A program made the position numbers and the translations under genes. Source: Bdellovibrionales bacterium (lineage in GTDB: Bacteria; Bdellovibrionota; Bdellovibrionia; Bdellovibrionales; UBA1609). Taken from it: a DNA stretch of 53,930 nt. Below are positions 37,656-47,323 of the stretch, piece by piece. The stretch covers positions 1-53,930 of the forward strand of contig DAHVQG010000016.1 of the NCBI GenBank assembly GCA_027317865.1, in the 5' to 3' direction. The notes beneath the pieces are model-generated. The model ran no database searches. It was not told the origin of the DNA and saw nothing but the letters and a program-made list of their open reading frames with translations. Every line of letters starts with the position of its first letter. Within the stretch, counting starts at the first letter, position 1.

Positions 37656-38258
37656 CTACTGTTGGTCAATTGGGCGGCGACAATCGGGATTCTGATCGTT
37701 GTAGTAACGATACTGCCCGCGACAAGGATAATAGCTCGTGAGTAGCCAATTCACTCCCTGAAACAGTCTTACAAAATAATTTTTCGCCGGGCGAAAAACG
37801 CGAAAATGCATATATCTCGTCCCAAGCATTTTGAGCGCTTCATTTTTCGATGTTTTTAAAACCACAAGATCGTAAATCGCCGACGCCTCACCGCTTCGGT
37901 CCGAACCCGACCAACAATGTATTAAAATCGGTTTAGGCGCATGCTCAAAGGCATTGACCAATTTAAGCTCCGCATGCCGGTCAGGGATGGACCGCGAACT
38001 CATATCGATATTGATCAAATCAATCCCGAGTTCATGTGCGACGGCTTGCTCTTTATAAAACCACGGTAAGTGCTCAACCCCCCGCAAATTAATAATCGTT
38101 TTTATACCGTAAAGCTTAGAGATAGCCTTCAGTTCCCAAGGCGATAGCGTTGACGAACGATAGGCGCGACCTGGATCCACGGCGTGAAAGTTAATCATCA
38201 TAACCCACACGAAGAATCCAAGCACTGCTACCACCATGGTTTTCGAAGCTAAATTCAT
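37656..38258 (-). CDS. Exported or anchored Cys-based (PTP/DSP) phosphatase
   Basis: N-terminal hydrophobic segment, NFHAV..G.AYRS, IKTIINLRG, CX5R loop HCWSGSDRSG. Confidence 0.88.
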   Translation of the reverse strand: MNLASKTMVVAVLGFFVWVMMINFHAVDPGRAYRSSTLSPWELKAISKLYGIKTIINLRGVEHLPWFYKEQAVAHELGIDLINIDMSSRSIPDRHAELKLVNAFEHAPKPILIHCWSGSDRSGEASAIYDLVVLKTSKNEALKMLGTRYMHFRVFRPAKNYFVRLFQGVNWLLTSYYPCRGQYRYYNDQNPDCRRPIDQQ

Positions 38259-38290
38259 GTCCTACACCAACTTCGTGCGCTTAAGTTTAT

Positions 38291-38842
38291 TCATAAGGTG
38301 CCTAAAAACTGCAGAACTTCATCGGCGTGACCCTCGACCTTGACCCCTCGCCATTCTTTTACAATTTGCCCGGCATCATCCACCACAAAGGTGCTTCGTT
38401 CAATGCCACGCACTTTTTTGCCATACATATTTTTCATTTTGATCACGTCAAAAGCTTTGCACAATTTTTCGTCTTCATCCGAAAGAAGTTCGACCGTGTA
38501 GCACTCTTTTGATTTGAATTTCTCGTGGGAACTAATTGAATCGCGCGAAATCCCATAAACGACCGCGCCCGCAGCTTCGAATTGAGGCTTGAGTTTGCTA
38601 AATTCGTGACCTTCGATCGTGCACCCCGGCGTCATGTCCTTTGGGTAAAAATACAGCACCACTTTTTTGCCCATTAAATCGCGTAAAGCAACTGTCGCCC
38701 CGCCGGTCACCGGTAATGCCAGATCAGGAACACGCGCGCCAACAAGCGACTTCTTGGCCGAATTGGTGGCGGCCTTTTTGGCAGGTTTTTTGGCGGGTTT
38801 TTTGTTCGAGGACTTCTTTTTGGTCGTTTTCTTAGTGGGCAT
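38291..38842 (-). CDS. bcp: BCP/PrxQ peroxiredoxin with Lys-rich N-terminal extension
   Basis: YFYPKDMTPGCT, GISRD, ERSTF. SD AGGAGA before ATG 38842. Confidence 0.92.
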   Translation of the reverse strand: MPTKKTTKKKSSNKKPAKKPAKKAATNSAKKSLVGARVPDLALPVTGGATVALRDLMGKKVVLYFYPKDMTPGCTIEGHEFSKLKPQFEAAGAVVYGISRDSISSHEKFKSKECYTVELLSDEDEKLCKAFDVIKMKNMYGKKVRGIERSTFVVDDAGQIVKEWRGVKVEGHADEVLQFLGTL

Positions 38843-38877
38843 GACAAATCTCTCCTTTCGCGACACAATCGTAAATC

Positions 38878-39903
38878 ATGGATAAAAATCACACAACAAA
38901 CGAAAATGATACGTCAAACACAAAGCCTATCACAACGGAATTCACCCGGTTATTTAATATTAAATATCCGATCATCGGCGCCCCGATGTTTCTCGTCTCA
39001 AACGTCGACATGGTGGTAGCTATTTCTGAAGCCGGCGGTTTGGGTACGTTCCCGGCGCTGAACTTTCGGCCGATTGAAACTTATGCGGGGGCGCTCAAAA
39101 AGATCAAAGCACGCACTTCTAACCCTATCGGCGTCAATATCATCGTTAATAAAGGCAATCCTCGTCAGAATGAAGATTTGAAATACGCACTCGAAGCCGG
39201 AGTTGAATTTTTCATTACCTCGCTTGGCAACCCCAAAACGGTCATCGAAGAAGCCCACAAAAACGGTGCCAAAGTTTTTTGCGATGTCACGAATCTTAGT
39301 CACGCGAAAAAGGTGCAGGATCTCGGCGCTGACGGAGTGATTGCCGTCGCAGCCGGGGCCGGTGGCCATGCCGGCCCGATTTCACCGTTGGTTTTAATCC
39401 CGTGGTTGAAAAATGAGCTGTCGATCCCGATTGTTTTAGCTGGTGGCGTAGCTGGTGGAGCGGGTTTGGCGGCAGCTCTCGCGTTGGGGGCATGTGCAGT
39501 CAGTGTCGGTACTCGATTTATTGCCAGCAACGAAGCGGCGGTTGATTCGGCATATAAGCACGCGATTCTGCGGGCGAACCCTGAAGACATTGTGATGACC
39601 GCAAAGATTTCGGGGACACCAGCCTCGGTCATTAATAACGACTACGTGCGTGGGCTAGAAAGCGCCGATGGCCGCCCGAGCATCGCCTCCGAACTCGATG
39701 TCAATTCTCCGACCACGTCTAGTTCAAACACAAATCAAGCGCCTCATTCAGCAGCGCAAAAACCTTCGTGGAAGACCGTTTGGTCAGCCGGTCAAGACGT
39801 CGGTCTCATCAACGAACTTCTCACCTGCCGCGAAATTGTTGAACAAATGGTTCGGGAATATCACAATCGATTAGCGAAAATGAGCGCCCAAATGCAAAAT
39901 TAA
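38878..39903 (+). CDS. Nitronate monooxygenase / FabK-like FMN enzyme
   Basis: PIIGAPM, GVNII, AGGHAG, AGG, GTRF, SAGQ. Confidence 0.88.
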   Translation: MDKNHTTNENDTSNTKPITTEFTRLFNIKYPIIGAPMFLVSNVDMVVAISEAGGLGTFPALNFRPIETYAGALKKIKARTSNPIGVNIIVNKGNPRQNEDLKYALEAGVEFFITSLGNPKTVIEEAHKNGAKVFCDVTNLSHAKKVQDLGADGVIAVAAGAGGHAGPISPLVLIPWLKNELSIPIVLAGGVAGGAGLAAALALGACAVSVGTRFIASNEAAVDSAYKHAILRANPEDIVMTAKISGTPASVINNDYVRGLESADGRPSIASELDVNSPTTSSSNTNQAPHSAAQKPSWKTVWSAGQDVGLINELLTCREIVEQMVREYHNRLAKMSAQMQN

Positions 39904-39997
39904 CTATTCTCGCGCGCAGACGGCTTCACCCTCTCAACTCTCACGTTGATTTTTCGAATCGCAGCTCTACGTCGATGAATCGACTACTCAGGCGGTA

Positions 39998-40026
39998 TTG
40001 ACGCACTCCCGCCAATCCCCTATACT
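39998..40026 (+). promoter_or_regulatory. Sigma70 promoter of typA
   Basis: TTGACG-N17-TATACT. Confidence 0.7.
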
Positions 40027-40087
40027 CACCACGCTAAATAAAAACCCCGAATCCAAACAACTCCGAAGGATAGACGCGAATCCGACT

Positions 40088-41872
40088 ATGACGAATACTA
40101 ATCCCAATATCCGAAATGTGGCGATTATTGCCCACGTTGACCATGGCAAAACGACGCTAGTGGACCATCTTTTGCGGCAAAGCGGAATGTTCCGCGCTAA
40201 TCAGCAAGTTGCCGAACGCTACATGGACTCGATGGACCTCGAACGTGAACGCGGGATCACCATTCAAGCAAAAAACGCGAGCTTCAATTATAAAGGAGTG
40301 AAGGTAAATATTGTCGACACTCCCGGGCACGCGGATTTTGGCGGCGAAGTGGAGCGCATTTTAAACATGGTCGACGGCGCATTGTTACTCGTCGATGCGA
40401 GCGAAGGGCCGCTCCCGCAGACGCGATTTGTTCTGAAAAAGGCACTTGAACAAAACTTAAAAATTATTGTGGTGATCAACAAAATCGATCGGCCCGATGC
40501 ACGCATCCAAGAAGTTGTGAATGACGTTTTTAATTTATTCATCGATTTAGATGCCACCGACGAACAAGCGGACTTCTCTATTGTCTATGCGATCGCCCGT
40601 GAAGGTAAAGCGACGCTCGACCCGGCGGTACCGGGCCAAGATTTGACGGTTTTGCTCGATTGGATTTTAGAAAAAATTCCGGCGCCCGAAGCGGACACAG
40701 AGGGCTCGCTGCAATTGCTTGTAAGCAATTTGTCGTACAGTTCATTCGTCGGTAGGCTTGCAATTGGCCGCATTCAATCGGGCAAAATTAGGCTCGGCGA
40801 TGAAGTTTTACTTGTCGGCGAGCATGGGCAACATTCGTTTAAAGTGTCGGCGCTTTTCTCATACAGTTTGAGCGAACAGACGCAAACAAAAGAACTCACC
40901 GCAGGCGACATTGCCGTTATTGCGGGAGATGAAGACTTTAACATTGGCGACACAATCACGTCTGTTGCCGACCCACGGCCGCTCCCGCGAATACATGTCG
41001 AAGAGCCGACCGTTGCCGTGTTGTTCATTGTTAATGACGGACCGTTTGCCGGCCGCGAAGGTAAACTGGTGACCACGCGTAATATCAAAGAGCGCCTTGA
41101 AAAAGAAACGCTCCATAACGTCGCCATTCGCGTGGAACCGACCGACAGCACAGATCGCTTTAAGGTCATTGGCCGAGGCGAGCTGCAACTGTGCGTACTT
41201 ATGGAGACAATGCGCCGCGAAGGTTTTGAGTTTCTTGTCAGTAAACCAAAAGTAATTATGCGTGAAAAAGACGGGCGGCAACTTGAACCGATGGAGCTTG
41301 CCATCGTTGACGTTGACGAACAGTTTGTCGGTATTGTCACCCAAAAACTCGGCGAACGAAAAGGCATTATGATGGCGATGGACGCCAAAGGTTCGGGTCG
41401 CGCGCGTTTACAATTTCGTATTCCTTCACGCGGGTTAATCGGCTATCGGTCGGAATTTCTTACCGACACGCGCGGCACCGGTTTACTCAATACACAATAT
41501 GACGGTTATGACGATTATCGCGGCGAAATTAAAGGCCGGTCGACAGCCTCAATCGTGGCGGACCGTCCGGGCCGCGTCACTCCCTATGCTTTGGATGGGC
41601 TCAAAGACCGTGGCCGGCTTTTTATTAATCCTGGCATCGAAGTCTACGAAGGTATGGTCATTGGCGAAGCTTCGAAAGGGATTGAACTCAACGTCAACGC
41701 GGTTCGCGAAAAACACCTTACTAACTTTCGGGCCGCAGGCAGCGAAGACAAAGTGGAACTTGTTCCGATTAAACCCCTTACACTTGAACAATCCCTTGAA
41801 TGGATTTCGGATAACGAACTCATTGAAGTGACACCGAAAAGTATTAGAATACGAAGGGTTGAACTGAAATAA
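40088..41872 (+). CDS. typA: Translational GTPase TypA/BipA
   Basis: AHVDHGKTT, RGITI, DTPGHADF, NKID, GRGEL, RREG, IEVTP. Start placed at 40088, downstream of the promoter. Confidence 0.96.
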   Translation: MTNTNPNIRNVAIIAHVDHGKTTLVDHLLRQSGMFRANQQVAERYMDSMDLERERGITIQAKNASFNYKGVKVNIVDTPGHADFGGEVERILNMVDGALLLVDASEGPLPQTRFVLKKALEQNLKIIVVINKIDRPDARIQEVVNDVFNLFIDLDATDEQADFSIVYAIAREGKATLDPAVPGQDLTVLLDWILEKIPAPEADTEGSLQLLVSNLSYSSFVGRLAIGRIQSGKIRLGDEVLLVGEHGQHSFKVSALFSYSLSEQTQTKELTAGDIAVIAGDEDFNIGDTITSVADPRPLPRIHVEEPTVAVLFIVNDGPFAGREGKLVTTRNIKERLEKETLHNVAIRVEPTDSTDRFKVIGRGELQLCVLMETMRREGFEFLVSKPKVIMREKDGRQLEPMELAIVDVDEQFVGIVTQKLGERKGIMMAMDAKGSGRARLQFRIPSRGLIGYRSEFLTDTRGTGLLNTQYDGYDDYRGEIKGRSTASIVADRPGRVTPYALDGLKDRGRLFINPGIEVYEGMVIGEASKGIELNVNAVREKHLTNFRAAGSEDKVELVPIKPLTLEQSLEWISDNELIEVTPKSIRIRRVELK

Positions 41873-41883
41873 GGGGGATCACC

Positions 41884-42546
41884 ATGTTTCGAAAAACCGC
41901 CATCACGATATCCACATTAGCATTAATTGGGGCAACCGCATTTTTTACTGGTTGTGCAAATAACCCTAACCGTGACACTGGATACGGGTCAGGAATAGGG
42001 GCTGCCGCAGGTGCGCTTGTCGGCGCCGTCGTCGGTAATCAGTCAGGACACGCCGGTGCTGGCGCCGCCATTGGGGCCTTGCTCGGCGGCGGATTGGGCG
42101 CGCTTATTGGACATCGTATGGATAAACAACGGCAAGAGTTGGCAAAAATTGCGCAAACTCGCCGAACAGATAACGGTCTCGTTGCAAAATTAAACAGCGA
42201 TATTTTGTTTAATTCGGGCAGTTCACGCCTAAAACCGGGCGCCAAAATTACTCTTGAGCGAATGGCACAAATCATTCGAAAATATCCCGAAGATGTTTTA
42301 ACCGTACGAGGTTACACCGACAGTACCGGTTCATTGGCACTCAACGACCGAATTTCTACTGATCGCGCCCGCGCAGTAAAGTATCGACTCATGGTTGGCG
42401 GTGTACCGGCCAATACCATTAGCGCTTTAGGAATGGGCCCAGCCGATCCGGTTGCGAGCAACCGTACAGCTTGGGGACGCGCGCAAAATCGTCGCGTTGA
42501 GATTCAAATTACGGTAAACCCACGCAAAGTTCCGCGAGCTAGCTAA
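41884..42546 (+). CDS. OmpA-family lipoprotein with glycine zipper (YiaD-like)
   Basis: Lipobox FTGC, Gly-zipper, GYTDSTG, RARAV, NRRVEI. Confidence 0.92.
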   Translation: MFRKTAITISTLALIGATAFFTGCANNPNRDTGYGSGIGAAAGALVGAVVGNQSGHAGAGAAIGALLGGGLGALIGHRMDKQRQELAKIAQTRRTDNGLVAKLNSDILFNSGSSRLKPGAKITLERMAQIIRKYPEDVLTVRGYTDSTGSLALNDRISTDRARAVKYRLMVGGVPANTISALGMGPADPVASNRTAWGRAQNRRVEIQITVNPRKVPRAS

Positions 42547-44123
42547 GAACGAAAGCTATCAACCCGGGCCGTCTCGATCGCCCGCGCAAAACCGGTCGGC
42601 GCGGGTGAACGCAAGAGTGCACCTGGCTCTAAGTACTCAAAAATCTCGCCATAATGGCGAATTTCGTGCGGCCCCGTTCGACGAACCACATGCCAGGGCC
42701 GCAGTTCGGTCTGGTTTTGAAGCCCCATAGCTCCGAGCATTTCAGCCACTGCGCGCACAGTTTCAGTATGATAGGCCGCCACCCTTTTTCGTTTATCCGT
42801 CACCACAAGTCCACTGACAAGACGCGGGTCTTGAGTCGCCACCCCTGTCGGGCAATGATTTGAATTACAGCGCAAAGCCTGAATGCAGCCGAGTGAGAGC
42901 ATAAACGCGCGGGCGGCATAAATCCCGTCAGCTCCAAGCGCAATTCGTTTAATAATTCCAAAAGCAGTAGTCACTTTACCTGAGGTCAATAAGCGAATGC
43001 GATCGCGCAAACCAAAGCCAACAAGCGCATTGTGCACAAAAATCAACGCCTCGATTTCGGGCGTCCCCATGTGATTTGAAAATTCGAGCGGTGCCGCACC
43101 CGTTCCCCCTTCACCACCGTCGACATCTATATAATCTGGTGTGATCCCGGTTTTCTCCATGGCCTTACAAATCGATAAAAATTCGCGCCGTTTTCCGATG
43201 CATAATTTAAATCCGACTGGTTTACCGCCTGATAAATCGCGCAGTCGTTTTATAAACTGCACCATTTCAATTGGAGTGCTAAACGCAGAATGCGAAGGTG
43301 GCGAAAGCACATCGCGATCCATGGGCACTCCCCGAATTTGCGAAATTTCTTTCGTGATCTTGGCAGCCGGCAAAATGCCGCCATGGCCGGGTTTGGCTCC
43401 TTGAGAAATTTTGAGCTCAATCATTTTCACTTGATCGATCACCGCGCGTTTTGCAAATTCTTCTTCAGAAAACCGGCCGTCATGAGTGCGCGCCGAAAAA
43501 TACCCCGTTCCGATTTGCCAAATAATGTCGCCGCCGTTTTCTAAATGATATTGTGCCAATCCTCCCTCGCCCGTGTTATGCGCAAATCCACCGTCTTTAG
43601 CCCCGCCGTTAAGAGCACGAACGGCGTTTTTTGAAAGCGCGCCAAAACTCATCGCCGAAATATTGAGAATGCTCGCATTGTATGGATGCAAACAATCCGG
43701 ACCGCCGATGGTAAAACGTAAACTTTTTGGATCAACGTGAGTGGCTAAAATAGAATGATTGACCCACTCATATCCGGTCTCATAAACGTTTTTCTGCGTA
43801 CCAAACGGCAAGGTATCGAGTTGGTGTTTCGATCTTTGATAAACAACCGAACGCTCCTCACGGCTGAAGGGCGTACCGTCCGAATTGGATTCGACGAAAT
43901 ATTGATTTATTTCAGGCCGGATCATTTCAAACAAATATCGAAAATTGCCGATAATCGGAAAATTTCTCCGGATGGCATGATGAGTTTGAAAAGAATCATT
44001 GAGGCCGATTACCATTACGGGGGCGACAACGACAAGAGACCAGAGCCCCGCGGGCCAAAAAAAATAAAATACCGCTTCACTGGCAAATAGAAACCAAAAT
44101 AAAATAAAAAACTTGCGGCGCAT
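42543..44123 (-). CDS. FMN-binding glutamate synthase family protein with N-terminal TM
   Basis: SAMSFGALS, NTGEGG, SQGAKPGHGG, DGGEGGTGAAP, CIQALRCNSNHCPTG cluster motif. Confidence 0.92.
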   Translation of the reverse strand: MRRKFFILFWFLFASEAVFYFFWPAGLWSLVVVAPVMVIGLNDSFQTHHAIRRNFPIIGNFRYLFEMIRPEINQYFVESNSDGTPFSREERSVVYQRSKHQLDTLPFGTQKNVYETGYEWVNHSILATHVDPKSLRFTIGGPDCLHPYNASILNISAMSFGALSKNAVRALNGGAKDGGFAHNTGEGGLAQYHLENGGDIIWQIGTGYFSARTHDGRFSEEEFAKRAVIDQVKMIELKISQGAKPGHGGILPAAKITKEISQIRGVPMDRDVLSPPSHSAFSTPIEMVQFIKRLRDLSGGKPVGFKLCIGKRREFLSICKAMEKTGITPDYIDVDGGEGGTGAAPLEFSNHMGTPEIEALIFVHNALVGFGLRDRIRLLTSGKVTTAFGIIKRIALGADGIYAARAFMLSLGCIQALRCNSNHCPTGVATQDPRLVSGLVVTDKRKRVAAYHTETVRAVAEMLGAMGLQNQTELRPWHVVRRTGPHEIRHYGEIFEYLEPGALLRSPAPTGFARAIETARVDSFRS

Positions 44124-44145
44124 TTTTGTACCACCTTTTTGAAAC

Positions 44146-44604
44146 TCAAGTCGGCTCTTTGCCGATCAATTTACAAAGTATATCCATACGCGTGACCGAC
44201 CCGGCAATAAAGCCACGCGGTTCAACGACGGGAATTCGTCGAAATTTATGTTTATAAAGCAGCACTAGGGCCTCACGCAAAGTTGAATTCAGGTCCACAG
44301 TTATTGCCGGCTTAACGAATTCAATCGGAGAGACGACATCGCGCACGGCAGTCTGCAAAAGCAAATCATGTTCGCTGATCACCCCCACTATTTTCTGTTG
44401 CTTATTCACGACCGGCGCGCACCCCACTTTGTGAGCCGCCATCATGTATATGGCTGAGTAAATTTTAGTCCCTTCAGGAATCGACAATAAGTTTTTACTC
44501 ATAAAAGTGTGAACTGGAACGTCCGCTACGCTTTTTGCCTCAGCTTGCGATTGAAGATTCGCGAGCCCCTCAGGAGTATGTTTTATAATCGTTGAACTAC
44601 CCAT
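44146..44604 (-). CDS. CBS-pair protein
   Basis: Two CBS repeats (APVV...GVISEHDL; IPVV...GSVTRMDI). Confidence 0.88.
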   Translation of the reverse strand: MGSSTIIKHTPEGLANLQSQAEAKSVADVPVHTFMSKNLLSIPEGTKIYSAIYMMAAHKVGCAPVVNKQQKIVGVISEHDLLLQTAVRDVVSPIEFVKPAITVDLNSTLREALVLLYKHKFRRIPVVEPRGFIAGSVTRMDILCKLIGKEPT

Positions 44605-44668
44605 TTCGTCTCCAGTTTATCGTCATCGACTCACCGCTTTGCTAAATTGCACCAATCCGTCTGCGACT

Positions 44669-45898
44669 TTAAAAACCTGACAGTCGGCGCAATTTCATCA
44701 GGCGTTGTTGAAGTTCGGCGGGCACAAATATTCCACCACTCCCCGAGTAACCTAAAATGACCGTGCGTTCAAAATCATGATAACACATTTTTGCCAGCGC
44801 AGTTTTGGGAACAATTCGTACACATGCCTCGTAATAAAATTCAGGCAAATTCCATGTTCCGTTTTCAGCGATGATTTCATAACTTTGCCCAAGCATACGG
44901 TATATCCGCGCTTTTTGTACGGCGTTGAGTTTCGCCCGCAGGCATTCGTGAAGTAACGCCGATGCCCGTAAAAAATCGACGAATCCACCTTGGTAAGTGT
45001 CGCTTGCCTGCAATTCACGCCCTTTTCGGACCATTTTGCGCGCCCGCAAAAACAAAACCTTTTCGCGAATCAATTTTCGTTGATCGAGAAACGGTTCGCG
45101 TTGCCATTTACGCAGACTTTTGACCCAAACCTTTGCATCGGACGCAATAAAATACGGTAAACTCCGCTCACGTAAAAGAGTCTCTAAAAAACGTGCCGCG
45201 CGACCCGGTTTATTTTTAACACGAATTTCAAGCGCCAAATATCTGCGGAGCGCATGGAGTTGTTCATGAGGGTCGGCGATCCATTGGTTACTTGTTTTCA
45301 ACTCATTTTCTAAAAGAACAGTCGCACGATCAAACTGTCGTGTGGCAACGTAGAAATCCGCTCGCTCCACAGGAGAAATAGAAAACTGTGCGGGCAGAAT
45401 CATGTGACTGAAATTGTCTTGTGGACCATATTTCGAAGCCGTGTGACAACTGAAGCAAAGGCCCGTATTTTCGCGAAGAACCGTTCGCGCAAATTCTATA
45501 TGGCCCTCGCCAAATGCCTTTTCAGCGGCATGCGTATTTGTTTTGAGTTGCCCCACGGCGTACCGGACAATGGGGTCGCGCCCCAAAAGTTTTTCGCCGG
45601 CGTGTTGCGGGACCGCTTTGACTCCTTTAGCAAAAGAATGAATGAGTTTTTGAAGATTGCGCTTATTTCGAGGATTGCCAAATTCGGACCGGCTATACAA
45701 ATAAGGTACGAGCTTTTGCAAAGTCAGGGCCATGCCGCGCATGGCTTTTGTCCACAGTTTCTGCGCCGCCAATTTTGCGGCCACGCTCTCCGCCACCGAT
45801 GGCTTGATTTTCATGACATTTTTTTTATGTAGGCTAGCGCATGAAATGAGGGTGACTGAAACACCAACTCCGATCATCGCGATCCAAAGTCGTCTCAT
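44669..45898 (-). CDS. Lipoprotein with a single c-type heme motif and TPR-like helices
   Basis: Lipobox LISC from ATG 45898, CFSCH heme-binding motif, helical C-terminal repeats. Confidence 0.72.
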   Translation of the reverse strand: MRRLWIAMIGVGVSVTLISCASLHKKNVMKIKPSVAESVAAKLAAQKLWTKAMRGMALTLQKLVPYLYSRSEFGNPRNKRNLQKLIHSFAKGVKAVPQHAGEKLLGRDPIVRYAVGQLKTNTHAAEKAFGEGHIEFARTVLRENTGLCFSCHTASKYGPQDNFSHMILPAQFSISPVERADFYVATRQFDRATVLLENELKTSNQWIADPHEQLHALRRYLALEIRVKNKPGRAARFLETLLRERSLPYFIASDAKVWVKSLRKWQREPFLDQRKLIREKVLFLRARKMVRKGRELQASDTYQGGFVDFLRASALLHECLRAKLNAVQKARIYRMLGQSYEIIAENGTWNLPEFYYEACVRIVPKTALAKMCYHDFERTVILGYSGSGGIFVPAELQQRLMKLRRLSGF

Positions 45899-46000
45899 CC
45901 CTACGATTACAAACTCGCCGCATGAAACTGTCAACGTTATGCTGAAGCAGTTCATAGCAACCACGGGCGACGCTGTACGCTCGATAAAACGACTGTAAAT

Positions 46001-47323
46001 TTAAAATAATTTGGTCCAGGAGAGTCCGCCCATCACGCCGAACAAGCACGTGATGACGGCAACCACAACCACAACTCCGTAGTAGATTCCGCGCAAACGA
46101 TGCTCAGGCGGGAGCGCCTTGCGGGCCAGTGCAATTAAAAAACCCAACACAATCGGCAAGAGGAGCGCATTCATCACCTGCACTCCGATGTTCAATGAAA
46201 CTAGATCGGGCCACACGCCCACAAACAATGCACCACCGATTACGCAAAGTGCGTAGACGCCGTAAAACCAACGCGCTTCTAAAGGGCGGCATTCAAGCGA
46301 ACGTCGATACCCGGTAACTTCGCCCAAGCCCCAGGCAAATGCGAGCGAGACGACAATCGATGCAACCATACCGGCGCCTAATACACCCGCGCCAAACAGT
46401 GCGTTGCCCATAGTTCTCCCAAGAAAGGGCGTCAACGCTTGAGCCATTTGTCCAACCGTATTCAATGACGCGTTCGGAGTATGACTTCCAATCGTTGCAG
46501 CGCAAGCGATAAGAATCGCCGCCATCACTAACTGCGTAAGAATCGCGCCAAACGCCGTATCCCATTTTGCCAGCTTAAAGTGTTCGGGTTTCAATTTTTT
46601 ATCCGCAATGGCCGATTGCTGATAAAAAATCATCCACGGCATGATCACCGCACCAATATTAGCGGCAACCAAATATAAATAATTTCTGTTTCTTATTGGA
46701 ATGTTGAAAGTCCCGTGTAAAAGCGAATGTCCATTGGGATGTGCGGCCCATGCCACAAAGAAAAAGGCGAATTCAAATAACCCCACAAAAATGGCTGCTT
46801 TCTCAACACGCCGATACGAGCCCGTAATAACCACACCTAATAGCGCCATCGCGGCAATCGGCAGCGTCAATGCGCGAGATAAACCGTAAAGTTGCCCCAC
46901 TGCCGCGACTCCAGAAAATTCGGTGAGCAGCGCGCCGACCGTTGCAACGCCCAAACCAATTGCCGAAACCCAAGCCCAGGCCGGACCGAAGGTGTCACGT
47001 ATCAGCTCGCCATGACCCCGGCCCGTAAAAATACCGAGTCTCACGGTCAACTCTTGCACAATGTAGAGTATCGGGATCAAAAGGAGCTGCAACAACAGCA
47101 GCTGATATCCCCACTGTACGCCGCTTTGACCCGCAGTGACCACGCTGCCAACGTCGGTATCTGCCAGCATCACCACAAGGCCCGGCCCCGCAATTGCTAA
47201 AAATTTCAGAAATGAAGCCATGACCCCATGCAAGCGCTGTCGCGAAACTTTCACGGATCGTAATAGTTCATCTGAGCCAGGGGATGTTGGCGAACCGACA
47301 AATTGTGAGTTAGACTCGAGCAT
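46001..47323 (-). CDS. NRAMP/SLC11-related divalent metal transporter
   Basis: GPGLVVMLADTDVGS, QELTVRLG, GAVIMPWM, about 11 TMs. Start at ATG 47323 or GTG 47332. Confidence 0.88.
   Translation of the reverse strand: MLESNSQFVGSPTSPGSDELLRSVKVSRQRLHGVMASFLKFLAIAGPGLVVMLADTDVGSVVTAGQSGVQWGYQLLLLQLLLIPILYIVQELTVRLGIFTGRGHGELIRDTFGPAWAWVSAIGLGVATVGALLTEFSGVAAVGQLYGLSRALTLPIAAMALLGVVITGSYRRVEKAAIFVGLFEFAFFFVAWAAHPNGHSLLHGTFNIPIRNRNYLYLVAANIGAVIMPWMIFYQQSAIADKKLKPEHFKLAKWDTAFGAILTQLVMAAILIACAATIGSHTPNASLNTVGQMAQALTPFLGRTMGNALFGAGVLGAGMVASIVVSLAFAWGLGEVTGYRRSLECRPLEARWFYGVYALCVIGGALFVGVWPDLVSLNIGVQVMNALLLPIVLGFLIALARKALPPEHRLRGIYYGVVVVVAVITCLFGVMGGLSWTKLF

Noticed and set aside
39998..40087. Longer N-termini in the ORF track (typA; likewise folE2, sucA, lpdA, sodC and the 27703, 45964 and 50720 starts)
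   Set aside because: The extensions overlap promoter motifs or neighbouring genes, and downstream starts fit SD, signal peptide or family boundaries better.
40774..41388. Long antisense or alternate-frame ORFs (e.g. 2908-3498, 22260-22871, 35747-36271, 40774-41388)
   Set aside because: Shadows of well-conserved genes, with no motifs or translation signals.
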